This document shows, piece by piece, positions 20,645-30,428 of a stretch of DNA of 32,000 nt (position 1 is the stretch's first letter; each line of letters starts with the position of its first letter). Position numbers and translations under genes: made by a program. Source of the DNA: Desulfotalea psychrophila LSv54 (GTDB lineage: Bacteria > Desulfobacterota > Desulfobulbia > Desulfobulbales > Desulfocapsaceae); contig NC_006138.1 of NCBI RefSeq assembly GCF_000025945.1, positions 990,001-1,022,000 of the forward strand. Reading direction: 5' to 3'. A model generated the notes under the pieces. That model ran no database searches. It worked only from the letters and a program-made list of their open reading frames with translations, and was not told the origin of the DNA.

Positions 20645-22141
20645 ATGTTGAAGAAGCTAGGAAGATCCATTCGTCGGAAGTTTCAATCGGTATTTCCTCA
20701 GAGCGGAGCGGGGAAAGATTCTCTGCAGGAGAGGGAGGTTAAACAGGTGCAAGAGGTTGTTGCGGTCCCGGCCTCGTCTTCGGCCTCGACCTCGTCTCCG
20801 GCCTTGTCTCCGTCTCCGGCCCCGGTAGCGCCAGTGGAAGAGGTTGTCAGGAAAAAGCCACAGCCTAAGCGTAAGCCGCCATGGACCTTGGATAAGTTTG
20901 TTGTTCCTGAGCTGGAAGAGAAAAAACGATTCCATGATTTCGCCATTCCCCTTCCTCTGATGCATGGTATTGCCGATTTGAAGTTTGAGTACTGTACTCC
21001 TATCCAGGAGCAGTCCCTGGAAGCGGTTCTTGCCGGTAAGGATCTTATTGGCAAGGCCAATACAGGTACCGGTAAGACAGCTGTTTTTCTGGTGGGCGTT
21101 ATGGCTCGTTTATTGGCCGACAAGAAAGGTGGTTTGGGCAAGAGAACGCCACGGGCTCTGATACTTGCCCCCACCCGTGAGTTGGTCATGCAAATAGTTA
21201 AAGATGCGAAAAAATTGGGTAGGTATACCGGTGTTAACGCGGACGCTGTTTATGGTGGAGCTGAGTATGAGAAGCAGATGGAGTTGCTTAAGAGGGGAAA
21301 GACAGACATTGTTGTCGCCACTCCGGGTCGCCTGATCGATTTTCATAATAAGAGACTTGTTAATTTTGATAACTGTCAGACCCTGGTTATTGACGAAGCA
21401 GATCGAATGCTTGATATGGGTTTTATTCCCGATGTGCGCCGGATTGTTTCCTGGATGCCGAAGAAGAGGGATCGTCAGACCTTGATGTTCTCTGCGACAA
21501 TCTCCAGCGATGTGAATAATCTCTCTGCCCAGTGGTGCGTTGATCCAGAGGTGGTTGAGGCAGAGGCAGATCAGGTGACTACTGATACCGTTGAGCAGAA
21601 GGTCTATCTGGTTACTGCAGAAGAAAAATATAATGTGCTCTATAACCTGATTAAGGAAAATAGTGACGAGCGCATCATGATCTTTGCCAATATGAAGAGT
21701 GAGACAAGAAAGCTGGCCGACCGCTTAAAGAGAAACAGTATTGATTGTCTCCTGCTCTCAGGAGATGTGCCGCAAAACAAACGGCAGTCAAGGTTGGAGA
21801 GCTTTCGTACAGGTAAGGTCAAGGTGCTGGTGGCAACGGATGTAGCTGGGCGTGGAATTCATATTGATGGCATCAGCTATGTGGTTAACTATACCCTGCC
21901 CTATGAGCCAGAGGATTATGTCCATCGCATTGGTCGAACCGGTCGGGCTGGGCTTGCCGGCAAGTCAGTGAGCTTTGCCTGTGAGGAGGGCTCTTTTTAT
22001 CTGCCGGATATAGAGGAGTATATCGGTGCAAAACTGGACTGTGTTCTTCCGCCGGAAGAATTATTGGTCCATGCGCCCAAGGGTACAGCCCCTGTAGCTG
22101 TGGCCCATAAAAAATATAAGCCACGTAAAAAGACCTCTTAA
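20645..22141 (+). CDS. DEAD-box ATP-dependent RNA helicase, RhlB/RhlE-like
   Basis: LIGKANTGTGKTAVFLVG (motif I), PTRELVMQI, VATPGRLID, VIDEADRMLDMG (DEAD), MFSATIS (SAT), VLVATDVAGRGIHIDGISYVVNY, HRIGRTGRAG. Basic N-terminus plus Ser/Pro/Ala-rich linker. Confidence 0.93.
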   Translation: MLKKLGRSIRRKFQSVFPQSGAGKDSLQEREVKQVQEVVAVPASSSASTSSPALSPSPAPVAPVEEVVRKKPQPKRKPPWTLDKFVVPELEEKKRFHDFAIPLPLMHGIADLKFEYCTPIQEQSLEAVLAGKDLIGKANTGTGKTAVFLVGVMARLLADKKGGLGKRTPRALILAPTRELVMQIVKDAKKLGRYTGVNADAVYGGAEYEKQMELLKRGKTDIVVATPGRLIDFHNKRLVNFDNCQTLVIDEADRMLDMGFIPDVRRIVSWMPKKRDRQTLMFSATISSDVNNLSAQWCVDPEVVEAEADQVTTDTVEQKVYLVTAEEKYNVLYNLIKENSDERIMIFANMKSETRKLADRLKRNSIDCLLLSGDVPQNKRQSRLESFRTGKVKVLVATDVAGRGIHIDGISYVVNYTLPYEPEDYVHRIGRTGRAGLAGKSVSFACEEGSFYLPDIEEYIGAKLDCVLPPEELLVHAPKGTAPVAVAHKKYKPRKKTS

Positions 22142-22319
22142 ATAGTTAAGAGGGATCTCGGCAACTTTCTGATGATAAGGTGTTTTTTTGTAAGAGGCGG
22201 GATTTTTCTTCAGCTTTTGTTCTTGCTTTTGGCTACCTAAGGCATTGTCCCTAGGGCCTAACCTTATATCGTGAGGATAAAAAAATTCTTGTTTTTAGTG
22301 TAAGAACTTGTTGTGTTAT

Positions 22320-22348
22320 CGACATTAACTTGCTATAAAGTGATGTTT
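22320..22348 (+). promoter_or_regulatory. Possible rpsA promoter (approximate coordinates)
   Basis: TTGTGT - 17 nt (TATCGACATTAACTTGC) - TATAAA, about 160 nt upstream of the rpsA start. Confidence 0.35.
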
Positions 22349-22513
22349 AGTAGTAGGCATTTTTTGTTTTCCTATAGAGGAAGGTAAAAAATATTTTCGA
22401 GGTTTTTACCCGAAGGGGGCAATTACCTCTTCATAATTTCGTCTTTCGAGGAAATGTTTCTTTGAAAAACGGCAACCTTAATTAGTGTGGCCATGTGGCC
22501 TTAAAGTGAACCC

Positions 22514-24226
22514 ATGACAGAAGACATGAAAATTAGCGGACAAGAGTTAAGCTTTGCGGAACTCTTCGAAATGGAAGAAAACAATAAAGTTGTCGAAGTT
22601 GGTGATGTTGCCATTGGAACCATTATTGGTTCTGTCGATGACCACTTTCTCGTAGATGTTGGTGATAAAGCAGAGAGTTATATTGCAAAATCTGAATTCC
22701 GCCTAGAAGATGATACCGAGGTAGTTGTCGGCGATACTTTTGAAGTGTTCGTAGAACGCCGTAAGGAAGAAGGCGGACTACTTCTGTCACGTGAAAAGGC
22801 CATTGCTATTAAGGTTTGGGAAGACATCGCCAAGATCCAAGAAGAAGATAGCACCATCGAGGGTCGTATCGAGAGCCGTGTTAAAGGCGGTATGTCCGTT
22901 GATATCGGCGTACCTGCATTCTTGCCATACTCTCAAATCGATCTCCGTCCGGTTAAAGACCTCGACGCGCTTATCGGTGAGAGCCTTGAATTCAAAGTAC
23001 TTAAGTTCAACAAGAAGCGTAACAACGTTGTTATTTCACGTCGTGCGATTCTTGAGGAAGCACGTAACAAACTTCGTGAAGAGATGCGTTCCAAGCTCGA
23101 AGAAGGTCAGATCATCAAAGGTGCTATTACCAATATCACCGATTACGGTCTCTTCATCGATATGGGCGGAATGGACGGACTCTGTCACATCACCGATCTT
23201 TCCTGGGGCCGTGTATCTCACCCTGCGAAACTCTACAAAGTTGGCGAAGAGCTTGAAGTTAAAGTTCTTAAGTACGACAAAGAGCACGATCGTGTATCCC
23301 TCGGTGTTAAGCAACTTCGTGACGATCCATGGGCAACCGTTGTTGACCGTTACCCAGTAAGCCAGCAGGCAACCGGTAAGGTTGTTTCTATCACCGATTA
23401 CGGTGTTTTCGTAGAGCTTGAAGAGGGCGTTGAAGGCCTTATTCACGTATCCGAGATGACTTGGAGCAAGAAGCCTCGTCACCCATCTAAGATGGTTGCA
23501 GTAGGTGATGAGATCGAAGTAATGGTTCTCAACATCGAGACCGAGACCAAGCGTATCTCCCTCGGTATGAAGCAGCTTCAGCCTAACCCATGGGATCTTG
23601 TAACCGAGAACTACCCAGTAGGCTCTATCATTGAAGGCAAGATCAAGAATATCACCGACTTCGGTGTATTCATCGGTATTGAAGAGGGCATTGACGGTCT
23701 GATTCACGTATCTGATCTTTCTTGGACCGAGCGCATCAAGCATCCTACCGAGAAGTATGCAAAAGGTGAGATGATTCAAGCTGTTGTTCTTAAGATCGAC
23801 AAAGAAAACGAGCGTTTCTCCCTCGGTGTTAAGCAGCTTATCCCTGATCCATGGCAAGAGGCTTACAACAACTACCCATCCGGTACCGTTGTTGAAGGCG
23901 AGATCACCAACGTTACTGACTTCGGCGTATTTGTTAAGCTTGAAGAAGGAATCGAAGGTCTTGTTCACGTTTCTGAGATCAGCAAAGACAAGATCAAAAC
24001 TCCAGTAGGCATGTACCAGGTTGGCGATACCCTTAAGGCTATCGTAATCAACGTATCTGCTAAGGATCGTAAGATCGGTTTGTCTGTGAAGACCCTTGAA
24101 GGCGAGGACGAAGAGGTAGTAGTAGAGAAGTTCAAGAAGGCAGAGAAAGTTGCTTCTGAAGCAGCTCCTTCTACCTTCGGTGACCTGCTTAAGGCCGCTG
24201 CTGTAGGTACTGACTCTGAGCAGTAA
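22514..24226 (+). CDS. rpsA: 30S ribosomal protein S1
   Basis: 570 aa with six S1 repeats (GxVxxITDYGVFVELEEGVEGLIHVSEMTW and similar); followed by an ihfB-like gene, as in many proteobacteria. Confidence 0.97.
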   Translation: MTEDMKISGQELSFAELFEMEENNKVVEVGDVAIGTIIGSVDDHFLVDVGDKAESYIAKSEFRLEDDTEVVVGDTFEVFVERRKEEGGLLLSREKAIAIKVWEDIAKIQEEDSTIEGRIESRVKGGMSVDIGVPAFLPYSQIDLRPVKDLDALIGESLEFKVLKFNKKRNNVVISRRAILEEARNKLREEMRSKLEEGQIIKGAITNITDYGLFIDMGGMDGLCHITDLSWGRVSHPAKLYKVGEELEVKVLKYDKEHDRVSLGVKQLRDDPWATVVDRYPVSQQATGKVVSITDYGVFVELEEGVEGLIHVSEMTWSKKPRHPSKMVAVGDEIEVMVLNIETETKRISLGMKQLQPNPWDLVTENYPVGSIIEGKIKNITDFGVFIGIEEGIDGLIHVSDLSWTERIKHPTEKYAKGEMIQAVVLKIDKENERFSLGVKQLIPDPWQEAYNNYPSGTVVEGEITNVTDFGVFVKLEEGIEGLVHVSEISKDKIKTPVGMYQVGDTLKAIVINVSAKDRKIGLSVKTLEGEDEEVVVEKFKKAEKVASEAAPSTFGDLLKAAAVGTDSEQ

Positions 24227-24249
24227 GATTTGCTAGAGAGTTATTAAAC

Positions 24250-24297
24250 AAAAAAGGTTGTTTTGCTCTTGGTAATGGGTAAAACGACCTTTTTTTT
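24250..24297 (+). terminator. Intrinsic terminator after rpsA
   Basis: AAAAAAGGTTGTTTT - loop - AAAACGACCTTTTTTTT: long stem with one G-U pair and a T-tract. Confidence 0.85.
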
Positions 24298-24354
24298 ATA
24301 TTTTGTTCTATTTCCTGAAGTTTTTTTCAGGTAACTCATGGTGTAGTGAAGAGA

Positions 24355-24639
24355 ATGTTAAAGAAAGATATTATCGATAGTGTAAGTGAAGAGCTGTCCA
24401 TGCAAAAGCAGGATGTAAGTGTTGCAGCAGATGTTATCCTTGAAACGATTTCCAATGCACTTGCACGTGATCGTCGAGTGGAGCTACGAGGTTTTGGTAG
24501 TTTTTCTGTACGCAGCCGTAAGCCGCGTACAACCAAAAATCCTCGTACAGGTCAGGTGATGGATATTCCTGAGCGCAGAACACTGCACTTTACCATGAGT
24601 AAGTCGCTGAAAGAGTCTCTTATTAGCGATATGGACTAA
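24355..24639 (+). CDS. ihfB: Integration host factor / HU family DNA-binding protein, IHF-beta-like
   Basis: MLKKDIIDSVSEELSMQKQDVSVAADVILETISNALARDRRVELRGFGSFSVRSRKPRTTKNPRTG; location after rpsA. The track starts at an upstream GTG (24346). Confidence 0.85.
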   Translation: MLKKDIIDSVSEELSMQKQDVSVAADVILETISNALARDRRVELRGFGSFSVRSRKPRTTKNPRTGQVMDIPERRTLHFTMSKSLKESLISDMD

Positions 24640-25234
24640 CATCACCTTTACCGACTCGGAGTATTTCGGGTTGGTCGGTGGTGAGATCGATTACGGAGGA
24701 TGGATCAGGATAGATTGATCCTCCGTCTATGATAATATCAATTCTATTACCAATGGCGAGATCAATTTCGAATGGATCAGCTAGGGGCTCGTCGTCTTCT
24801 CCCAGTTGAACACTGGTATTGACAATGGGATTGCCAAGAGCAGTTATAAGTGCTTGGCTTATGGGGTTATCGGGTACTCTAATACCCACAGTCTTCTGTT
24901 TGGTTGCCATTACCTTGGGTACGAGTTTGCTACCCGGAAGAACAAAGGTATATGGCCCTGGCAGATTTTTTTTAAGCAATCTGTAGGCAGTATTAGAGAC
25001 ATGCGCATATTCACTGATGTGGGTGAGTCCCGAGCACATAAATGAAAAGGGTTTGTTTTTTGGCCTTTTTTTGAGTTGCATCAAGGCTTTGACTGCGCGC
25101 TGGTTTAACAGATCGCAGCCGATACCATAGCCGGTATCTGTAGGGTAGCAGATAATGGCACCCTGTTGCAGTTTTTGGACAACTTGCTTTATCAGCCTAT
25201 CCTGTGGATTGTATGGATTAATTTCAAGTAGCAT
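24623..25234 (-). CDS. Sua5/YciO/YrdC family protein (L-threonylcarbamoyladenylate synthase-like)
   Basis: GAIICYPTDTGYGIGCDLLNQRAVKALMQLKKRPKNKPFSFMC, LPGPYTFVLPGSK, TVGIRVPDNPISQALI, GKGDVSPY; YciO-like length. Confidence 0.9.
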   Translation of the reverse strand: MLLEINPYNPQDRLIKQVVQKLQQGAIICYPTDTGYGIGCDLLNQRAVKALMQLKKRPKNKPFSFMCSGLTHISEYAHVSNTAYRLLKKNLPGPYTFVLPGSKLVPKVMATKQKTVGIRVPDNPISQALITALGNPIVNTSVQLGEDDEPLADPFEIDLAIGNRIDIIIDGGSIYPDPSSVIDLTTDQPEILRVGKGDVSPYR

Positions 25235-25507
25235 GGTGGTAACCTATTCATTGGTCTATTACGGTTATTCGTAAGAGGGGTAATGGGTAAAGGTACAAGT
25301 TAGGTTTTCTTTAAATCTAAAATGTATCGGAGTTTTTTTCTGTATATCATAGTTATATAGCTCATAGTAGAGTAACACGAAATATATTACTATCATATAG
25401 AGATATCTACTGAGAGTAGAAACAGTAAGTGGTATGTGAGATGCCGTTTGGCCTGTCTTTTAGGGTAGCTGTATCTTTTATAATTACCCGTTGGACGTGG
25501 AATGCCG

Positions 25508-25532
25508 CTACTACATTTTGTAGTAGTTTTTT
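25508..25532 (+). terminator. Intrinsic terminator-like hairpin in the guaB leader
   Basis: CTACTACA-ttt-TGTAGTAG followed by TTTTTT, ending 33 nt before the guaB ATG; no upstream plus-strand CDS for it to terminate. Confidence 0.7.
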
Positions 25533-25565
25533 CATATAAGAACACCCTGAAATAAGGAGGGGAAC

Positions 25566-27035
25566 ATGTTGCCTGATAATATTGAAACAGCCTTAACCTT
25601 TGATGATTTACTTTTGGTACCCTGTGCATCAGAGGTTTTGCCGAGTGAGGTAAGTCTTGCTACGCGACTTACAGATACCATCCTGTTGAATACCCCTCTT
25701 GTTAGTTCAGCGATGGATACTGTAACTGAGCATCGTGCCGCGATTGCAATGGCACGAGAAGGCGGCATTGGTATTATCCACAAAAATATGACCCTTGATC
25801 AGCAGGTACTTGAGGTCGAGAAGGTCAAGAAGTCTGAATCGGGAATGATCATTGATCCTGTAACTGTGGACCTGCATCAGTCTGTTGGCGAAGTACAGAA
25901 AATCATGTCGAGCTATAAGATTTCTGGTCTGCCCGTACTGAAAGATGGTAAACTCGTCGGTATCGTTACAAACCGTGATCTTCGTTTTGTCTCAGACAAT
26001 GACCTGCGTGTTTCCGAGGTTATGACTAGCAAGAATCTGGTTACTGCTCAGGTGGGTATTACCCTGGAGCAATCCAAGGCTCTGCTTCATGAGCACCGTA
26101 TTGAAAAGCTTTTGGTTGTTGATGATGATGGCGCTCTCAATGGTCTTATTACCATTAAAGACTTAGAAAAAATTAAAAAATATCCACTTGCAGCTAAGGA
26201 TAAGCTTGGACGTTTGCTTGTTGGGGCGGCCATGGCTGTTGGTGGTAATATTGAAGAAACAGCCGCCCGTCTTGTTGCGGCTGGAGTTGATGTTGTTGTT
26301 CTTGACTCAGCCCATGGTCACTCCAGGGGTGTTATTACAGCCGTTGAGCGGGTAAAAAGTGCATTCCCTAACCTCTCTGTTATTGCGGGTAATATTGCTA
26401 CGGGTGAGGCAGCTGAAGACCTTATCAAGGCCGGTGCCAATGCGGTAAAGGTAGGCGTTGGACCTGGTTCTATTTGTACTACCCGTATTGTTGCAGGTGT
26501 AGGTGTTCCTCAGATGACTGCTTTGCAAAAATGTGTTGAGGTGGGTAATAGATACGGAATTCCTATTATTGCCGATGGTGGAATTAAGCACTCCGGTGAT
26601 GTGGTGAAGGCCATTGGTGCAGGTGCAAGTACCGTTATGATTGGTAGCCTCCTGGCGGGTACCGAAGAGACTCCCGGTGAGACCTTTCTTTATCAGGGAC
26701 GTACCTATAAGGGATATCGTGGTATGGGTTCTCTTGGCGCCATGAGTCAGGCCGAAGGATCTGCCGATAGATACTTTCAGTCCGAGGTAAGTGCTCCTGG
26801 TAAGTTGGTTCCCGAGGGAATTGAGGGTAAGGTTCCCTATCGTGGGCCTCTTGGTAGCGTTCTCTATCAGCTTTTTGGTGGGCTTCGCTCTGGTATGGGC
26901 TACTGTGGTGCGGAGAGTATTCCTGCCCTGCAGCAAAGGGCGAAGTTTGTTCGAATCTCTGCTGCGGGTCTGCGTGAATCTCATGTTCACGATGTTGTCA
27001 TCACCAAGGAAGCACCTAATTATCACACGGCATAG
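25566..27035 (+). CDS. guaB: Inosine-5'-monophosphate dehydrogenase
   Basis: 489 aa. [13 protein letters not shown] region, [66 protein letters not shown]. Strong SD AAGGAGGGG. Confidence 0.97.
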   Translation: MLPDNIETALTFDDLLLVPCASEVLPSEVSLATRLTDTILLNTPLVSSAMDTVTEHRAAIAMAREGGIGIIHKNMTLDQQVLEVEKVKKSESGMIIDPVTVDLHQSVGEVQKIMSSYKISGLPVLKDGKLVGIVTNRDLRFVSDNDLRVSEVMTSKNLVTAQVGITLEQSKALLHEHRIEKLLVVDDDGALNGLITIKDLEKIKKYPLAAKDKLGRLLVGAAMAVGGNIEETAARLVAAGVDVVVLDSAHGHSRGVITAVERVKSAFPNLSVIAGNIATGEAAEDLIKAGANAVKVGVGPGSICTTRIVAGVGVPQMTALQKCVEVGNRYGIPIIADGGIKHSGDVVKAIGAGASTVMIGSLLAGTEETPGETFLYQGRTYKGYRGMGSLGAMSQAEGSADRYFQSEVSAPGKLVPEGIEGKVPYRGPLGSVLYQLFGGLRSGMGYCGAESIPALQQRAKFVRISAAGLRESHVHDVVITKEAPNYHTA

Positions 27036-27118
27036 TTATAGCTTGAGATGCAACCGGAGCAACTGCCCCTGCTGATATTCGGTGGGGGCCGAATTAACAA
27101 AATATACGGAAACAGACG

Positions 27119-28669
27119 ATGGATATTCATAAGGAAAAAATCATTATTCTCGACTTTGGTTCACAGACCACTCAGCTGATTGCTAGACGGGTGCGTGAAA
27201 TGAAGGTTTACAGTGAAATTCACCCATTTTCTCTACCTCTGGAGAAGTTAAAGGAGCTGAACCCGACCGGAATAATTCTTTCTGGTGGCCCATGTTCTGT
27301 TTACGATGATGATGCACCGCATTCCGATGCGGGTCTTTTTGAGTTGGGTGTGCCCGTATTCGGTATCTGTTACGGCGCTCAGTTGATGATTCAGCAGCTT
27401 GGCGGCAGTGTAGAAAAGGCAGAAAAACGAGAGTTTGGTAAGGCCGAGATCCAGATTCTCAACGATAGTGACCTCTTTGCCGGTCTTGATGTAGCCAGGA
27501 GTCACCAAGTATGGATGAGTCACGGTGATCGTGTTGAGGTTATCCCTGACCAGTTTGAGGTAAGTGCAGAATCTGCCCACTCTCCCTATGCAGCTCTGCG
27601 TCACAGGTCAAAACCATTTGTTGCCGTACAGTTTCACCCGGAGGTTGTGCACAGCATTATCGGTACTGATCTGTTGAGAAACTTTGTCTTTGGCCTTTGT
27701 AAATGTCAGGCAACCTGGACCATGCAGGGTTTTATCGAGTCCAATGTTGCGGCTATTAAAGAGAAGGTGGGCGATGCCCATGTTATCTGTGCCCTTTCAG
27801 GTGGTGTTGATTCCTCCGTTGTGGCGGCGATGATTCACAAGGCCATTGGCTCTCAGTTGACCTGTGTTTATGTAAACAACGGTCTCATGCGTATTGGTGA
27901 GTCCGAGGGTATTATCAAGTTCTTTAAAGAGAATACCGATCTTCACCTCATTGATGTTGATGCCAGCGATTATTTCCTGGGTAAACTTGAAGGTGTTACT
28001 GATCCTGAGGTTAAGCGTCAGCATATCGGTCTTGGCTTTATCAAGATCTTTGAGGAAGAGGCACATAAGATTGATGGCGATGTGAAGTTTCTTGCTCAAG
28101 GAACTCTCTATCCCGACGTGGTAGAGTCTGTCTCTTTTCGTGGTGCAGCACCTATTAAGTCTCACCATAATGTAGGCTGCCTGCCCGATATCATGAAGCT
28201 TAGTCTTATTGAGCCCCTTCGTGAGCTCTTCAAGGATGAGGTGCGTGAGCTTGGTGTAGAGCTTGGTCTGCCCGATGAGGCGGTTCATCGTCAGCCTTTC
28301 CCTGGTCCTGGTCTTAGTATTCGTATCATGGGCGAGGTAACTCCCGAGCGTTTGGATATCGTCCGTCGTGCTGATGTTATCGTCCTGGATGAGATGAAAA
28401 AGCATGGCTACTATAACAAGGTATGGCAGTCATTTGCCGTGCTTCTGCCTATCCAGACAGTCGGCGTAATGGGTGACTTTCGTACCTATGAGCATGTTGT
28501 TGCCCTGCGGGTAGTTGATTCTCGTGATGCTATGACCGCGGATTGGAGCCGGGTACCCTATGATATTCTTGGTGATATTTCCACCAGGATTATTAATGAG
28601 GTGCGGGGAGTTAATCGGGTTGTCTACGATATCTCTTCCAAACCACCTGCAACGATAGAGTGGGAGTAG
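27119..28669 (+). CDS. guaA: GMP synthase (glutamine-hydrolysing)
   Basis: 516 aa. [35 protein letters not shown] (catalytic Cys), [22 protein letters not shown] (PP-loop), [23 protein letters not shown]. Confidence 0.97.
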   Translation: MDIHKEKIIILDFGSQTTQLIARRVREMKVYSEIHPFSLPLEKLKELNPTGIILSGGPCSVYDDDAPHSDAGLFELGVPVFGICYGAQLMIQQLGGSVEKAEKREFGKAEIQILNDSDLFAGLDVARSHQVWMSHGDRVEVIPDQFEVSAESAHSPYAALRHRSKPFVAVQFHPEVVHSIIGTDLLRNFVFGLCKCQATWTMQGFIESNVAAIKEKVGDAHVICALSGGVDSSVVAAMIHKAIGSQLTCVYVNNGLMRIGESEGIIKFFKENTDLHLIDVDASDYFLGKLEGVTDPEVKRQHIGLGFIKIFEEEAHKIDGDVKFLAQGTLYPDVVESVSFRGAAPIKSHHNVGCLPDIMKLSLIEPLRELFKDEVRELGVELGLPDEAVHRQPFPGPGLSIRIMGEVTPERLDIVRRADVIVLDEMKKHGYYNKVWQSFAVLLPIQTVGVMGDFRTYEHVVALRVVDSRDAMTADWSRVPYDILGDISTRIINEVRGVNRVVYDISSKPPATIEWE

Positions 28670-28685
28670 TATTGAGTTAGTTAAA

Positions 28686-28723
28686 AGGCCTTTTCTGCTG
28701 TGCAGAGAGGGCCTGCCCTTTTT
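28686..28723 (+). terminator. Probable intrinsic terminator after guaA
   Basis: AGGCCTTTTCTGC-tgt-GCAGAGAGGGCCT (13-bp stem with two G-U pairs), then gcccttttt. Confidence 0.65.
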
Positions 28724-28742
28724 CAAGCTAGTGTAAACCTCT

Positions 28743-29519
28743 ATGTATAATGATATGCTAAAAACTGGAATCTATGTAGATGCTGAAAATATCCGTATGT
28801 GCGGTGGTTACGGCATGCGATATGACGTTTTGGTAGAGCTTGCCGGTTCGGGTAATGCAGCTCTTTTACGGGCGAACTCCTATGTGGCAGAGGATCGGGA
28901 ACGGACAAAAGACGATGCTGAATATCGCCATAAATTATACCGTTATCACGATGTTCTTCGTCAGTGTGGTTTTAAGGTTATCAAGAAATTCGTCAAACAC
29001 TTTGTTGATGATGAGGGAATCCTTACCACCAAGGCCAATGCCGATATGGATCTTGCCATTGATGCCCTGCTTCAGGCAAGAAATCTCGATCGAATAATCC
29101 TCTTAACCGGTGATAGTGACTTTATCCGTCTTATACTGGCCCTGCAAAATATGGGTTGTCGGGTGGAGGTTATTGCCTTTAAACATGTGAGCCAGGAGCT
29201 GAAAGAGTGTGCCGATAATTTTCTTTCCGGTTATCTGATCCCGGGGCTTCTTCCCTTTACCACGGGTGGCGATCATAACAGGCAGCGTGGTATCCCCATT
29301 AACTACAATGCTGAACGTGGTTTTGGTTTTATGCGCTACTATTCAATGAACGCTGAGGGTCTGCTCAATGCCGAGTCGGTCTTTTTTCACTGTTCAAAGG
29401 CCCCTGATGCAAACGATGCGCTTTTTCTTGATTCATCCAATATTTTTGAATTCAGCATTGTGCAAAATTCGGATAATGGTCGCACTGAGGCCAGTGATAT
29501 TCGTTGGCTAGAGGTGTAA
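28743..29519 (+). CDS. NYN domain (LabA/PIN-like) protein with C-terminal cold-shock-like domain
   Basis: TGIYVDAENIRMCGG, MDLAIDALLQARNLDRIILLTGDSDFIRLILALQNMGCRVEVIAF (NYN acidic residues); tail NAERGFGFMRYY...AESVFFHCSKA...NIFEFSIVQNSDNGRTEASDIRWL resembles a CSD. Confidence 0.8.
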   Translation: MYNDMLKTGIYVDAENIRMCGGYGMRYDVLVELAGSGNAALLRANSYVAEDRERTKDDAEYRHKLYRYHDVLRQCGFKVIKKFVKHFVDDEGILTTKANADMDLAIDALLQARNLDRIILLTGDSDFIRLILALQNMGCRVEVIAFKHVSQELKECADNFLSGYLIPGLLPFTTGGDHNRQRGIPINYNAERGFGFMRYYSMNAEGLLNAESVFFHCSKAPDANDALFLDSSNIFEFSIVQNSDNGRTEASDIRWLEV

Positions 29520-29547
29520 TTAATTTATAAGGAGGAGGGGTGACAGA

Positions 29548-30390
29548 ATGGTTGATGCTACTCAGTTAGAATTTTGGCTTGGCAAATTTCAAGTGTTGAT
29601 GATGGACTATGGGGTGAAAATTCTTACGGCTCTGCTCATCGTTCTCTTGGGACGTTGGCTGGCAAAAAAAATTACTAACATTGCTCTAAAGCTTATGACG
29701 CAAAGGGGCGTCGAGATTACCCTGTCCCGTTTTTTAGATAATATTATCTACTATACCCTGCTCGCCATGGTGCTCATTACCGCCCTTGGTCAACTGGGGG
29801 TGCAGACCGCCTCTTTTGTTGCCATTTTGGGTGCTGCCTCTCTTGCCGTAGCTCTTGCCCTGAAGGATTCTCTCTCTCATTTTTCCAGTGGGGTTATGCT
29901 CATTCTCTTCCGTCCATTTAAGGTGGGTGATTTTGTTACGGTCAGTGGAGAATCGGGTACAGTTGAGGCCGTTACCATATTCAATACCGTTCTTAAGACT
30001 CCCGATAATCAGCGTAAGATTATTCCAAATGGCCAGGTCTATAATTCCACCATTACCAATGTTACGGTTAATCCCACCAGGCGGGTTGATGTCACCGTGG
30101 GCATTGGTTATGACGATGATATTCGGGCGGCAAAAGAGGTACTTGAGGGTCTTTTGGCTAAACATGATAAGGTGTTTAGCGATCCGGCCCCACTTGTTGC
30201 CGTGAGTGCCCTTGGTGCCTCTTCGGTTGATTTGGTCACCAAGTCATGGGTGAATACCTCGGATTATTGGACGGTTTATTACGCACTGACAGAAGAGATT
30301 AAACTTGCCTTCGATGAGGCGGGAATTTCTATTCCGTTTCCGCAGCAGGACGTACATCTTTTTACCAATCAGGCAGAGCAGAAGGAGTAG
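29548..30390 (+). CDS. MscS-family small-conductance mechanosensitive channel
   Basis: 280 aa. QTASFVAILGAASLAVALALKDSLSHFSSGVMLILFRPFKVGDFV, IIPNGQVYNSTITNVT, ISIPFPQQDVHL, as in MscS/YggB. Confidence 0.93.
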   Translation: MVDATQLEFWLGKFQVLMMDYGVKILTALLIVLLGRWLAKKITNIALKLMTQRGVEITLSRFLDNIIYYTLLAMVLITALGQLGVQTASFVAILGAASLAVALALKDSLSHFSSGVMLILFRPFKVGDFVTVSGESGTVEAVTIFNTVLKTPDNQRKIIPNGQVYNSTITNVTVNPTRRVDVTVGIGYDDDIRAAKEVLEGLLAKHDKVFSDPAPLVAVSALGASSVDLVTKSWVNTSDYWTVYYALTEEIKLAFDEAGISIPFPQQDVHLFTNQAEQKE

Positions 30391-30395
30391 TTGTT

Positions 30396-30425
30396 AAAGA
30401 CCTCTACCTTGGGTAGAGGTCTTTT
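30396..30425 (+). terminator. Intrinsic terminator between the mscS-like and kinase genes
   Basis: AAAGACCTCTACC-ttg-GGTAGAGGTCTTTt, perfect 13-bp stem with a short T-tract. Confidence 0.8.
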
Positions 30426-30428
30426 CCT

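Noticed and set aside
23036-23968. 310-aa ORF antisense to rpsA
   Set aside because: Mirror ORF over a strongly biased, highly conserved gene; repetitive translation reflects the S1 repeats on the other strand. No RBS or family motif.
26307-27026. 239-aa ORF antisense to guaB
   Set aside because: Lies fully inside guaB on the opposite strand with low-complexity Thr/Asn-rich translation; codon-bias artefact.
27797-28405. 202-aa ORF antisense to guaA
   Set aside because: Same reason; guaA is full length and conserved through this interval.
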